A program made the translations under genes and the position numbers. From Utricularia gibba (lineage: Eukaryota; Plantae; Magnoliophyta), in the NCBI GenBank assembly GCA_002189035.1, contig NEEC01000027.1, positions 310,001 through 374,000 of the forward strand: a DNA stretch of 64,000 nucleotides. Reading direction: 5' to 3'. The notes beneath the pieces were generated by a model. That model was not told where the DNA came from, did not search any database, and saw only the letters and a list, made by a program, of their open reading frames with translations. This document shows, one piece after another, positions 30,607 to 45,342 of this stretch; position 1 is the first letter of the stretch; each line of letters begins with the position of its first letter.

Positions 30607-31733
30607 TCACCATAACATAGTTACCATCAATCATCTGGAGCAGCTTTAAAAAAATAAAAATCTAATCAGTTACTCACATCTCTTTCATAAACTTTCATTG
30701 GTTTTGGTTTTGATCAATTAACAGAGAATAAAAGGAACGCTCCTGAAAAGACGAGGAAAAAGATCGCCGTTAGAATCACGAAAAAGGACTACATTTGTAT
30801 TGAAAATGCACACCGCCTTACACAGAAGATCGATATCCCCCAGAAAAATCAAGATTTCAAACAATGAAGTTAGACGAGGCCGGATATCGCAGAATTCGGT
30901 GAACCAGAGATAAGCCTGGAGATGCCGAAAATCATTGAACTCAGAGAAAAATTCCTCACAAAACTGTATGCAAATCCCGAAGGCCCAAAAAACATAGAAA
31001 CAGCCGAATATGAACAAATATCGGTTACAGCAAACAAAATCATACAAAAATCGGATATCTCAACCAAGAAGTAGAGAGAATCAAACATGGCACTGCAATA
31101 TATTACCGTAAAATTCGATGAAACCGCTGGCGAAATCACCGAAACAAAATAACGTGATCAATCGAAAATAGCCCACGAACGGATCCCTTAGAAATCATCA
31201 AAACGCGGCAGAGAAAAGGTTTTCCAGCCGGGAAAGGAATGGCACGCAACGCAATCGAGAATAAGATTATGGAAAGTAAGGACCCAGAAAAAGGCAGTGG
31301 TCGATGCTAACGTGCGCCACCACGTTGACGACAATAACAACGAACACGGTTAACGGGCTGGACCTTAATCCGCATGATTAAATTCTCTCTCAGCTTCCCC
31401 AGGCCCAAAACAGCGTGGACCACGATATTAAAGCTCAATAACGCTATTTTCTAATATTTTAAATCCCATAAAACCCATCATTCATTCTCCACAAGTAATC
31501 TTATAATCAATTTGAGATCATCAGCGTGTTGCGTTTCTGGTGCGCCATCGGAAAAAGGTTAAAATACGCAGCAATTTTAGTAACAAAAGCTGTCGTGGTA
31601 AATTGCGAAGGCCCATGTGATTCCCATTCACTGCAAGTCCCCACATGGAAACGGATCGCGTTGTGTATGTATGTCTTAGATTCCGACTCCTCATTCATCC
31701 ACTCATACATCTTTGCTCCCCGGGAAAAGAGAA

Positions 31734-31982
31734 ATGGGCGGTGGCGACATCTTCCGCCGCAGCTCCTCCTGCCTCTGCGGCCGCACCGGAGACTACACAC
31801 GGATCGACGACGCAGATCCGCCCCGCTGCTGCCGCCCCAACATTCTGCGTCACTTATTGAAGAAGATAGTGGGAGAGAGCCGGGGCATCCACGCCTCCAA
31901 GTCGAAGGCGACCACTTATCGATACGACGCCGTTAGCTACTCGATGAACTTCGACGACGGCCGCCACAAAGAAGATCCCTGA
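31734..31982 (+). CDS. Small (82 aa) uncharacterised plant protein of the 'YDxxSYxxNFDDG' family
   Basis: Intronless GC-rich ORF MGGGDIFRRSSSCLCG...LRHLLKKIVGESR...TYRYDAVSYSMNFDDG, carrying the family's C-terminal motif. Confidence 0.75.
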   Translation: MGGGDIFRRSSSCLCGRTGDYTRIDDADPPRCCRPNILRHLLKKIVGESRGIHASKSKATTYRYDAVSYSMNFDDGRHKEDP

Positions 31983-32709
31983 TCCCGGTAATTGTGGCCG
32001 TGCTGGGTTAATCTCCGACCCACTAACACGTCGTCACAGATTACCGAGAAGTTAGGTTTCTCAGATCTGTTGGAAGCTTCTCCTTTTTTTTTCCATTAAA
32101 CTTTTTTTAAATAAAGCTACCTGTGCAGTGTGCGTTGTTTTTTTTTATTATTTTTGGAGAAATTAATTAAATAAAAGGTATTCTGCATGTGCCGGATTGT
32201 AAAATTAGCTGTGAAAATCCCCTTTTTTCTAGGGTTTCTTCTACCATAAATTGCTGAAAACCGAAAAGCCTCCCATGTGTGACATTCAATGTATAAGTTC
32301 TACTACATGTCTATTACCACTCTTATCTACAAATTAAAAATAATCATTTTTGTCACTATAATTTACTTTTGTATCTACCGAACATTCCAATTCAGTCCAA
32401 ACATATATAATTATTTCTTTCTCTTTCTTTTTTAATCCATAGTTTATTTATAGCATGTGTTTAGTTGATCAGTGTAGAATGACATAACTATATTTAGAAA
32501 AGAATATGCACATATTTGATTTGTAATTAACTTTTTACGTAAATTTAAATTAAATCTATGTAAATTTTGGTATGCCCTCGTTTAGAAATATTTTTAAAAT
32601 TTAAATAATTTAAATGAGGTAGGTAGGTTTAATCCTGGTAGCACTTCGCTTTGGTTCTCCACTATTATACATTCATTATTGTACCTGTAGATGAGATACT
32701 TTGTGAGGA

Positions 32710-33294
32710 TCAGTTGCAAGCGACGTCCATTTTCCTCACCGGAAAACTTTTCGATTTGGGAAGCCACGAAACCCATTTGCTCGCTTTGCGCTTATCGATC
32801 ATCTCCGCCGTGTACGGCGGATGCCCCTGCTTCTTGCAGAGTCCGAACTTCCACGCTCCAGTCGACCCGATTCGTTGCAATGGATCCAGTTCTACAATCA
32901 ACAATCGCACAATCCATCATTACCATTTCCACTCTTAATCAGTGCCTCATTTTATCACGCGTATTCTAGAATCATTACCTCCGAGTTCAGAATCCGCAGC
33001 GTATAGACAGAAAGTGCTTGTATCCGATCCAAGCTGGGGGACGCGTTTCTCTCGTGCGTAATGCTTGAGGGCTCTCTGGATCACCTCCTTGACGCTTTCC
33101 TCTCCGTTGACGACGAATCTGATCGGCCCTGCGCTTCCCACAACGTTGATCGTCACCAGGAATCTCCTTTTGGCATCCGGCCACGTCGGCTTGTCGGAAG
33201 CGCTTCTGCTTATCTCCTTCGCCGCCTCGTCCTTGCCCGTGACCACGGCTGGAGTGCTTATTCTTTTCTCGAGGAACCTCTTCTTGATTGCCAT
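32710..33294 (-). CDS. Uncharacterised At4g22758-like protein
   Basis: Exons 33294-32979 and 32891-32710. RRFLVTINVVGSAGPIRFVVN...VIQRALKHYAREKRVPQLG...FCLY, then ELDPLQRIGSTGAWKFGLCKK. A TATA-like CTATAAAAG lies on the minus strand near 33410. Confidence 0.8.
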
Positions 33295-36200
33295 GCGTTC
33301 TCCGAGCAAAGAAGAGAAGATGACTGGTTTAAGCAGATCAGCGCAGAGGAAGAAGAGTCGCCCTTGCCTTTTTGTTCTGTCGGAGGAAGCAGCTGACCTG
33401 AAAGACCTTTTTATAGAGGAAGCCACATGCTCTTGTCTTTGGCACAATAAGTAGAGTTTAATCAAATGGAGTCGGGTTGGGCGTCACGGTCAAAACAAAA
33501 TAAAGTAGGGTTGTCCCCACGTGATTTAAGAATCAACACTAGAAATCAGTAGCGGATCCTGTGGGAGATATGGTCTTTGAATCCCTCAATTATTTTCTAT
33601 GGTGCCTTCATTGCTCATTCCTGCATTATCAACATTTCATAAAGAATCAAATTGTCTCCAAGTAAATTTTGTTCAAATCAAAATATAAAATTAGAATCAA
33701 TTATTTTTTAAAAAAAACTGAAATATTCCAATTTCTATTTTACTAAAATCAATTTTTGAAAAATGTTTTTCGATAACTGTAACTAAACTTCACACTAGTA
33801 CTAATACCTATGCAATAAATTATACTCATGAATAATATTAATTCATTGAATTTAATAATGGAGACTATATATGATCAATTATTTTCTAACAGTGCAATTA
33901 TCAAAATATCTAAATAATTTTTTGTTAGCCACGTGGATAGTACGGCAGTAAATGGGTATTTATTACAAACACTAGACCCTTTTTTTTGAAAATTTCTCAT
34001 AAAATCTTTTTTCTTTTCTTATTATTATTTTATTTTCAGGTTTATGATGCGTTTGAAAACACTTTTATCTTCAACGGTCTTTTAGATCACACAGCTTCGG
34101 TGCGCGATGGCGTCGAGACTACGAAGGGCAACAGATAGGACTGCTCCGCTCTCAAATCTTCTCACCGGACAATTCGTTTGAGATCGGCTCCAGATCCGGC
34201 TTCTGGGTCTCGTCGGAGCGCTCGCGGACGCGCGAGAGGCGAGTCTCGATTTGACATCGGCATCAAATTAATTAGCAAAGCGCAGAATTAAACCGGCAGC
34301 GCGTCCTATGCGGAACTGAAGGAACTTGTCTGCCTTCAATATGGACTTGAAGAGATTCGGCCCAGTGGCGACGCATCGCTTTTACGTTATCAATAGGCTG
34401 TTAAATATAGCCTCAAAAATGCTCCGCCCACTGGAAAATTCAGCTACACAGGTTTCAAGAGGCGCTGTCTTCCACACAGACCTTCAACAACTGTTTTTTT
34501 GTTTGTTTTATTTTACCATAAAGGAACCCAAGCGGATTTAATACCAAATCTAAAAATTAAAACAATACAATTAAATGTATACGAATCATTAATAATTATT
34601 GAACTTAATTTTTTTTGAATATTATCTGGTGTGTGGATTTCAATAACTGTTTTTTGTTGGTGTTATTATCGAATATTTAATTTTAATTTTAATATTATAT
34701 CGGAAAGTTTGTATTACCATATGGCTTAAGTAGTCAAATGGATTTTGGTTGATTTAGATGATAAAAGTAGTCAAAAAAGTCCAATTTGACTTGAGATCAA
34801 ATATTAATTCAAACAATATCTACTAAAAAATTAAAGTAATCTCACAAAGTATATAGTAAATGATGAATCATTAGTAATTTATTTAATTTATTTTTTTTCA
34901 AATGTGATTTAACCTTGTTGTATAATTTATCTTCATACACTTGTTACACCTACACATCTAATCATTAATTTCAACAATTTCCACCACACATGAGGGATAC
35001 TCTACGCACATAGGTCCAGAAACGAGGTGCCCAAAGGAGTAACACCTAGGGGCCTATAATTGAAGAATGATGCCGCCACCCACGGGTTTTACCTACCTAC
35101 TGCCTTTTTGCGACTTGTGTGGGGGAGGAGCATTACGTTGTGTTTATGCAACTAACCAAACCTCCAGCCCGTGACCGCGACCTTTTTTTGCCTTTTCTCG
35201 ATTACTGGTACTTTTTTTGTCATGGCCCACCTATCACTTAAGCACTTGGTCTACAGTCTACCTCACATGCCCCTATCTCACAAAGGGACAATCTCAACGG
35301 CCAATTTCGCCAGCCTGGCACTACTTCATGTACCGTACATACTTTTTCTTAAAAAAATAATTTCTTAAATTACCAATCTTGATTTTGAATTCATCCGACG
35401 AATCGAAATGAAAAATAATCGAGGCTAAAGCATAGCCATAGGGGGTGTTTTATAAGGGGTGGAGCTCGAGGGTTTATCAGTTTTAATTGCAGATATTAAT
35501 TTGTTTATTTAGACGCCAGGCTGGCAGGATGTGGACGTTGAAATATTTTGGATAATCACGGGAGGTTTTTGGTCATTTTCTGTTTGCTTTATATATTAGC
35601 CACCGTGAGGCTAGCGCATGAAACGGTTATCGTAATCTTCGAGGTGGGGATTAAGAAGCCTTAACAATTCCTCGTCCCCCACGCATTCTGTTCCGCTCCC
35701 CACATACATCGGCGTCAAAGAACTTCACTCGCTCCACAGTGCGGTGCACAGTGACTGGCAGAGTTGGAGATGCGTAGCGGTGGAGGAGAGTAGGCTGTTA
35801 TAGGAAGTGACGTGGTTTGTTTCTGGTTTGCGGTGAACTCGCGACGGAGGTCTGAGAATCGTTTTTTAGTTTTATCGTTTCGTCAATGGCGGTAGACTCG
35901 AGTGAGGAGGTCCGATTTCTGATTTTTTTTCTAGCCGTAGTTTTGTTTGCTTATGACTTTTTTTAAGTATTCGTTGTTAGATCGAAGGCTAAACTTAACT
36001 CGTGACTCCGGTGATCGGATTTGAACGCATGTGTCAATTTGCGGTGCAATGCTCTTCGTTTTCTCTGATAGTTGCATTCTCTTTCACTTTGCTGCAGAAT
36101 TTTGTGTGATTGAGTAGTGGTGTTGAAGAGATGAGGTTTTTTGCTGGTGTAAGGCGGATCTTAGTTTGTGATTCTTTTGAATGTTCCACTTTCTTTTTGC

Positions 36201-36756
36201 GGATTTTGAAAATCAGATACAGTTATGATGTCATAATCATTATGGAATCGTGGATTGAAAACTAATCGCTCCATTTTGTGGCTGGTGTTGAGTGTAGCAA
36301 ATACGCTACAGCGGATGACGTTTACTGACAATCGCTTTAGCTGTAGATCTATGCTCCTTTGGATTATTCGATCTGACCAGTTGTTTTTTCTCTCAAATAT
36401 ATGAGATGTCCAGAGCCATTTGCGATTTTCTTGTTGAACTATAAACATGAGAGTAACCAAAATTCTCAGTTCCACAGATCTGTTTTCTGTTGGTAGTATT
36501 CACTTCTGTATTTTAAAAGATGATTCGTGTCGATAATTATGAGTCTTTTTCCTCCCGACTGCATATTTATTGGTCTTTATTACGATGATTCCGAGTGACA
36601 TTCTAGTCGTCTGCAGTTACTTTATGAATTTCTTCTGTCATCATTCCATTTTCATGTCCTTATTTTGGCTTTTAATTTGAATGTTTTCGTTGTTTCACTT
36701 ATTTGGGTCTCGTTTATAACTTTCCATATTTTCAGTGCCACAGTTTTCATACAGTC

Positions 36757-37803
36757 ATGATTCTTCCCGGGGGAACTACCAATCTACAAAGTGACCCGAA
36801 CATGAATATGGCCTTCACTCAAGCTCCCAACGTGCTGAAGAGCGAGATGTGCGAACCGAATTTGCTGCATGGGATAAAACATAAAGTTGATAAAGTGAAA
36901 AACTATGTGCAACACATAACTGATACCGACATTGAGAAGGGAAATCCTGAAAATCCCAAGTCCACTGAAGAATGCTTTCCCATTTTGAATATTGAAGAAG
37001 GTTCAAAAGAGGTTTGTTTCCGTTTACTCGTGACATTTACTTATTCGCCATGATGTATTTATCGAGTTGCCAGTCATTCTTGTGAATCAGTGAAAAACAC
37101 GAGTTTAATGGTTCATTTTTGTCTGACAGAGGCAATTGCTCGGAGATTTCTGTGTGCAAATTGGAGCGAAACTCATGCAGTTGCTGATGAAGCACGCCAT
37201 TGAGTTACCCAAGTTCATTTCAAGAGGTAATGCCACACTGAACTTTCGAACAAATGCATCCGTATTTTTACTTGAAGTCCATTAGGCGTTCCTTATGCTG
37301 CATTATTTTTTTTACTTGATCCTCCTCTTCAAGTTTCATGTCCAGAACCTATGAATATGTGAATCTAGATTTCTCTTAGATCTGAATCTGCATTAGAGCG
37401 CAAGTTCACTCGTTTCATGTTTCACATTTTGATAATCATGTCCTGAATATTTCTTACGGATAAATTCGCGTCAGATGCGCCCACTAATAGATCAAGGAAA
37501 TACAAGCGATCTTCTTCGTTCAATTCAAGAAGAGTAGTTCTCCTGTCGTCAGCCCTGTAAGTTCCATTTCTTGAACTTTTCCAAATTCTATTGAGGGCGT
37601 CTGCATGAACATGGAATGATGCAAAGTACGTCTTAACATAAAAAGCGAATGCCTCAACTAGAGTTTCATGAAAATCTAGGATGTCAAGGCCAAGCGCTCT
37701 AATGGCTTCCTTTTTCCTTTTCAGGTCGATTTTGGGAACGATCATTCTAATCTATTTGACACTTAGAGTCAGACAATTTGGTGACGCGTCTGCTACCGCC
37801 TGA
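36757..37803 (+). CDS. Uncharacterised tail-anchored membrane protein (about 170 aa), not captured as one ORF by the track
   Basis: Exons 36757-37011, 37130-37226, 37475-37556 and 37725-37803 join in frame: ...DIEKG...KE/RQLLGDFCVQIGAKLMQLLMKHAIELPKFISR/DAPTNRSRKYKRSSSFNSRRVVLLSSAL/SILGTIILIYLTLRVRQFGDASATA*. One C-terminal hydrophobic helix. Confidence 0.82.
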
Positions 37804-39048
37804 AGCTTCCAAATCCGCTCTTACTCAGCGGGCTGAAAGTAATTGGCGGGTACATACTGAACGCATTTAACTTCACCAAACTTATTCCGATAGGTAGATT
37901 CCACGTGGTAAAAGTTTTCATTATCTGTTGCAATTAGATTTCATTATGAATCTAAAAAAAGGGAAAATTAAATTAACGTTTTAACGATTGCGTGCTAAAT
38001 TAACGTTGTTTAGGAATTGGCATAAACGGGTCCTTTTTTCTATGCTAGTGATATCTCTCTCAATTTTTAGATCTGGGACGCTGAATCTAGATTGACAATT
38101 GGGTTTTAGCATTTTTTATTTTTGGAACTAATTTTTACTTAAAGAATATAATATAACTAAAAATAAAATTGTGGTTATGGAAGTAAAAATAATATTTTAA
38201 ACTGGTAAATTCAAAAATATTTTTGACGAAAGTAGAAGGAAAAATAAGTTTTAAAACCTTTTGCTTTTTAATATTTAGGAATGAGTAATTTATACTTTTT
38301 AAAAGTTTTTCAAAACAATTTAATTGATTGTAAAGCTAATATTTTTAAACAAGGAGAAGAAACTAGTTAAAAATATTTTCAAACCCATGCACCCCTTCGA
38401 ATTCGGAAATAAATACAAAATCAACATTTTTTCACTTGAAAATAAAATTCTCATAAAAACTATGTTAGTTGCAAGTTTTAACATAAGGTGCCGAAAAAAT
38501 AAATGGCATTTGTCACAAGCTAAAAACACGTTCAAAAATTTTCTTGATCAAAGCCAAATTTCGAAAATAGCAATAAGGCATGGAACAAGTATGTGTATAA
38601 CTTTTCCCTTAACTGGGGAGCAATTGCAATTTTATTAAAAAAAAAAAACTAAAGGCATGGAAAAGTTACCTAGTGGATTCAAAACTTTTATAAGTTTTTT
38701 TCAGGAAACACAATGGCCATTTATTTAATATCATGTTCAAAAGCAGCAGACAGTCTCCCTAAACAAAACAAACAACATATTATGCGCACAAATTTTTCAA
38801 ACAAAAAAAAAACAAGTTGTCAATTTCTTGTATACATGTGCCTAAAATTATCAGCAGATGTTATGGCCACTTTCATTCCAAATTGAATCGCCTGAAAATG
38901 TTACCTCAAACTCTTCCACTTATATATGCGCCTAAGTCCTAAGGCACTTTGAGTAATAAAAGAGCACTGGCTTTTAAAAAACTTCTTGCGCAGCATACAC
39001 GGGCAATGATATAAGAGCACTACCTTTCTTTTTTCTTTTCTGGCAGTT

Positions 39049-41085
<2,037 letters not shown>

Positions 41086-41958
41086 TTATTCATTTTTGGT
41101 TAATTTTTTATTTTATAAAACGTTGACCCCTAAGTTAGAATTGAACAAAATGGGCGACGTACCCGTGTCGTAAATGCTTTACAAGGAGTAGGGCGGCTCG
41201 TCACTAAACTTCTAAGCCACCTTAATCTTAATATTAATTGTGTCGTTACATTATATTATAAAATATTATTCACCCTATTAATTATATTGTACGGCTTTGG
41301 CAAATTTTCTCGTAAAGCCCATGCGCACAATACTAGTGATGCGAAGACTTTTGTAAGCAATGCTAGTGAGTGTTTTGAAATCTTTTTGCATCCCCTAAAT
41401 ACACACATTTTTGTAATTTAAAAATAAGAGTCAAACAAACCGACAGAGAATCATTTTGTAATAAATAATCCATTATTTTAAAAAGAAAAGGCTGAAAATC
41501 GTGGGTTATTATTTAAAAAATTGGTGCACTATCAAACTCCCTTCACTGTTATCTTATACACTGCTGCTACGCAAAAGGGATTGTGCCTGGTAGTGGAAAA
41601 GTATGTAGCATCCAGGTCTCTTTGAAAGTTCCTGTTAGGGGATTCCTGAAATCACATGGCTCCGACAGTAAACAAAATGAAGAAAGTGTACCTTGATGGT
41701 GAACAAGAACCCCCAAAGCTTGCTGCATAGGAATGACTACCACAGTGAAACTGTAAAATGTGATACTCAGATGCAGTCTTCAACAGAAGTGCATCGTTTC
41801 CCGATTTCTTCTTCTTAAATTGGTTTGGGAAATTCTGGTGAACTGTGGTGCTAGTAGCCAGGGCAGGGAGGGCCAGAATGCAGTACCAGGATGGTGGTTT
41901 TCCATCGAAGATGTAGTGGTGAAGAGCAGTAAGGGAAGGGCGGAGACGTTAACGAAGC

Positions 41959-43000
41959 CCTGCATATTGTAGAATAAAAGCAGTAATAATTTGTCAAACA
42001 GCCATTAAGAATTCCACAAACTGCATTGAGGAAATCAAAAGGGCAAGAATGCAAAACATTATAATGGTACCATTTAGTATGATAAAGCTGTTCTGGAACA
42101 GCACCTCAAAGAAAAAATGAAGTTGTTCAATAGAGACTTCAAAGCTAAGATGATACCTTGCTCAGATCAGGAAAGTCCATCCATTAAAGAAGCCAAATGC
42201 TCAAATTACTGCACCATCTTTCGACTTACAAGCATTGGTTAGCAGACAGGGAAACCGAATCTCTGGCATCACGATTGTCATGAAGTAAGATCACTGCTTT
42301 TAATAAGGGATGCATTGGTTAGCAGTGCATGTGAATATGAAGAATCCCATAGCACAAAGCATCATCAGAATAAGTTGAACCAGACCTTTACTTGGAACTC
42401 TAAGCAACGCTTAAAAGAATGGTGTATAGTATCAACATGAGCAGTGCTCCAAACCTGAATAAGCGGAAACGCCAACAACAAACGCCAGAATCTTAAAACG
42501 TCGGAGGATAAGTTACAAATTCCACATGATTCTACAGAAAGAATCAAAGTTTAAAGAAAAATTTCTGAACCATGAAGAGATCGGCCTGCATTTTGAGAGA
42601 AAAATATACGAGAGTTCCAATGTGTTAACGTAAACGAAACAATCCTGCTGTAGTTTAGTAACCGTTCTTCTATCAAAGAAAAACTACATTGTTGATTCCA
42701 TAAACAAAAGGAGACAAAGAAATTGAAACCTAGTGAAACGTTTGGATACTGTAATGCAAGCCATCAACACCTTACCGCTTGAATTGGCGCATCAGCGCCG
42801 CTGTGCTTTCCATGCTTGAAAATTCTACTCGCATCCATCGCCATTGACGGGGCGATTACAACTCCTAATGCGGCACGATCGACGACTGAGTATTCGAGTG
42901 CTTTTCCACTCCAGAGCCAATTGCTTCAATTGGTCACGGTAAAACCCAGGCCAAGGCATACCGATCGGCTCGACGGCATTGTGAGTAAAACGCGGGTCAA
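41959..43000 (-). other. Candidate spliced transcription unit without a long ORF (possible lncRNA, micro-ORF gene or decayed gene)
   Basis: GC-rich first segment ends at a strong donor CG|gtaagg (42776/42775). A 63-nt exon-like block at 42454-42392 has AG/GT flanks, with further candidates at 42293-42229 and from 41959. No recognisable protein in any frame. Confidence 0.35.
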
Positions 43001-43164
43001 TGGTTTGACCCGCCACCCGCTTCGCACAGCAAATGTTTAATATAATGCTCACCGAAAATTATCAATAATATTCAAATTGGATGTTGGTTTTCGTAAGTTT
43101 TGATTTTATTAAATTTTATTATGCGATAAATTTTATGTAATTTTGTTTAATTTAATTGTAAAAT

Positions 43165-44184
43165 TTACTTTAAATAAATATAAGATAAACCGGCAGAGAA
43201 CCAAAGGGTTCCAGAAACGAAGGCAAAATTCAGCACTTTTTTCCAACATCCCCGTACACAGAGACAGGTCTTCTTCTCTGTTGCATCAAACCTTCCTAGA
43301 AAACAAATGACAACGAAACACGTGGCGTAAAGACCGTGCACCTTCCAACTACTCCTCGGATGCTGTCTCAGAATCGCTCTGTGAAACACCGTCATGTAAT
43401 AATGTAACCCAACAGAAAATCCCGACAACAATTTGCCTAAACCCAGTAACCTTGTACTGATCCCCGTTCCAGTGGAGAACACGAGAACCAAGTACATCAC
43501 CAGGAGCAGAAGGTACAACACGTACCACAGCGCTTGCAGAACTTGAAGGCATGCAAATGCGGATTGAGAAGTGGCGTAGAAGAATCTAAGTGGCTCGAGA
43601 CCCGTGATTAAGGAGCATACACAGAGGACTGAGAAGTATATCGCTAGGTAAATCTGGATAAAAATCAACATCTTTTGAATCGAGAAGTGGGCTTTGAAGC
43701 GGTTAATGACGAGGAAGATGAGGATTAGAGGGATGATTATGAATGTAAACGAGACGAATGACGCGACTGTGAATGCATACTTGTTTCCCACATAAGGCTT
43801 AAAGCCTTTGGCGAAGTTCTTGTTGCACTTGGAGACATAGGCTCTGGAAGATTTCGAGATCTTCTGCAAATCCGGGATAAGAGCTTCTTGGAAATTCGCT
43901 GGAAGGTCTGTGAATGCGGAGACCAGATCTTCATCATTTTGTAGCTGTTTATGCACCCTGTCCTTTCTGAAACTCAGATCCAAGGAATTGGTCTTCTTAT
44001 GAACTGGTGTGTAAAACCCGGCAGTGTTCTTGTCAGATTCATGAAGCTTGACAACATGCTTCTCTTCTTCTTCATTTTCCAGTATAAATCCTCGTTGATT
44101 TGCAGAGATGAATGGAGAATTGAAGAGAATGGGGAGGATGAAACTCCATAGGAATAAGGCTTGTAGCCAAAGTGAAGAAGGCAT
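43165..44184 (-). CDS. Conserved uncharacterised multi-pass membrane protein with signal peptide, intronless
   Basis: Hydrophobic N-terminus; DLVSAFTDLPANFQEALIPDLQKISK...FKPYVGNKYA; several transmembrane helices; TGLEPLRFFY; GLHYYMTVFHRAIL; WKVHGLYATCF. Confidence 0.85.
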   Translation of the reverse strand: MPSSLWLQALFLWSFILPILFNSPFISANQRGFILENEEEEKHVVKLHESDKNTAGFYTPVHKKTNSLDLSFRKDRVHKQLQNDEDLVSAFTDLPANFQEALIPDLQKISKSSRAYVSKCNKNFAKGFKPYVGNKYAFTVASFVSFTFIIIPLILIFLVINRFKAHFSIQKMLIFIQIYLAIYFSVLCVCSLITGLEPLRFFYATSQSAFACLQVLQALWYVLYLLLLVMYLVLVFSTGTGISTRLLGLGKLLSGFSVGLHYYMTVFHRAILRQHPRSSWKVHGLYATCFVVICFLGRFDATEKKTCLCVRGCWKKVLNFAFVSGTLWFSAGLSYIYLK

Positions 44185-45342
44185 ATGGCAAGAACAGACG
44201 TGAATCCAATGGATGGCTCCCTCTCTAACAGAAATACTTGTGGATGTGCATCAGAGACAGGAAGCATTAATGAGAAACGAAACAAGAAGGGAAGCCTGCA
44301 TTGATGGTCTAACAATAGGAGGAGGTCAGATCCCAGTCACATGGTACAAAAAAACATTACCTGCCTAAATTAGTCATTAAATTTACTGTATTCGAAATAA
44401 TTTATAAAAAAATTCATATGTAAAATCGAACATCATTTTAATTATTTTATTAATATTCACTCAAATTTTTTAATAGTTTATTGTTATTGGGCTTTACACG
44501 GGCATGACGTCAGCATTTTATTTCTGATTGTTTACCACTCTGGTCTGCACAACGCCGGCAGTGCTCTACCATCTCCCGAAGCAAACAAATCTACAAGTGG
44601 TCCCCACCAAATCTCGTTTCCTCTGCCTTCCTGCCTTCCGCATTTAATGATACTACAAATTTGTGTTTACTATTTTAAAATCAAGAATAGTATGTTTCAT
44701 TTGATTGATTATATTTTAAATGGATATTGTGAATTCCTATTTTTTTAGTTGGTATTTGTTCTACTTTTTATTTAATACATTACTTAGTTCCATATTCATC
44801 TATTTTTGAATCTAAAAATATTTTATTTTTTATGATAAAAAGATAGAAATACTTAGATTTGAATATAAAATCTTAAATTATACATATGTTCTATAAATTT
44901 TCAAAGTATTTAAACCATAAAATATATTATTTTTTCGTACTAGTAACTTTTTGAGGCAAAATGAACTCTATTACGTAATTTGAAAACTAGGGTTTCACGC
45001 GTAGAGTAGAGAGCTCGCCTATGAACACATGTAAAAAAACAATATATTTTACTGACAGTAAAAGTGTAAAAAGGATGGATGGTTAAACACGAGAGAATGC
45101 GACCAAGCCGTGCCATGTATGCATGATCATGATGCTCAACCCATGGCATCGATCGAAGAAGCGGTTGCCCGGAAGTTCTAACAATGACTGACACTATATA
45201 AATATTGTAAACAGTACATCCTTTTTGCCACGCTGCTATCAATCATTACGCTTAGCTAGTCCGAAGAACACATCCAAGGCTCCGTCGTACCTTCTCCGGG
45301 CAATGAGACGTTTTGCGACTCTTGTGCGCCGTGGAAGTTAGG

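Noticed and set aside
33640-34000. AT-rich degenerate stretches that might be MITE remnants (also about 500-1300, 34560-34950 and 38100-38640)
   Set aside because: I could not identify terminal inverted repeats or target-site duplications by eye; a repeat library search would be needed.
37422-37745. 107-aa minus-strand ORF
   Set aside because: It is antisense to exons 3-4 of the tail-anchored protein gene, whose plus-strand splicing gives a recognisable conserved protein.
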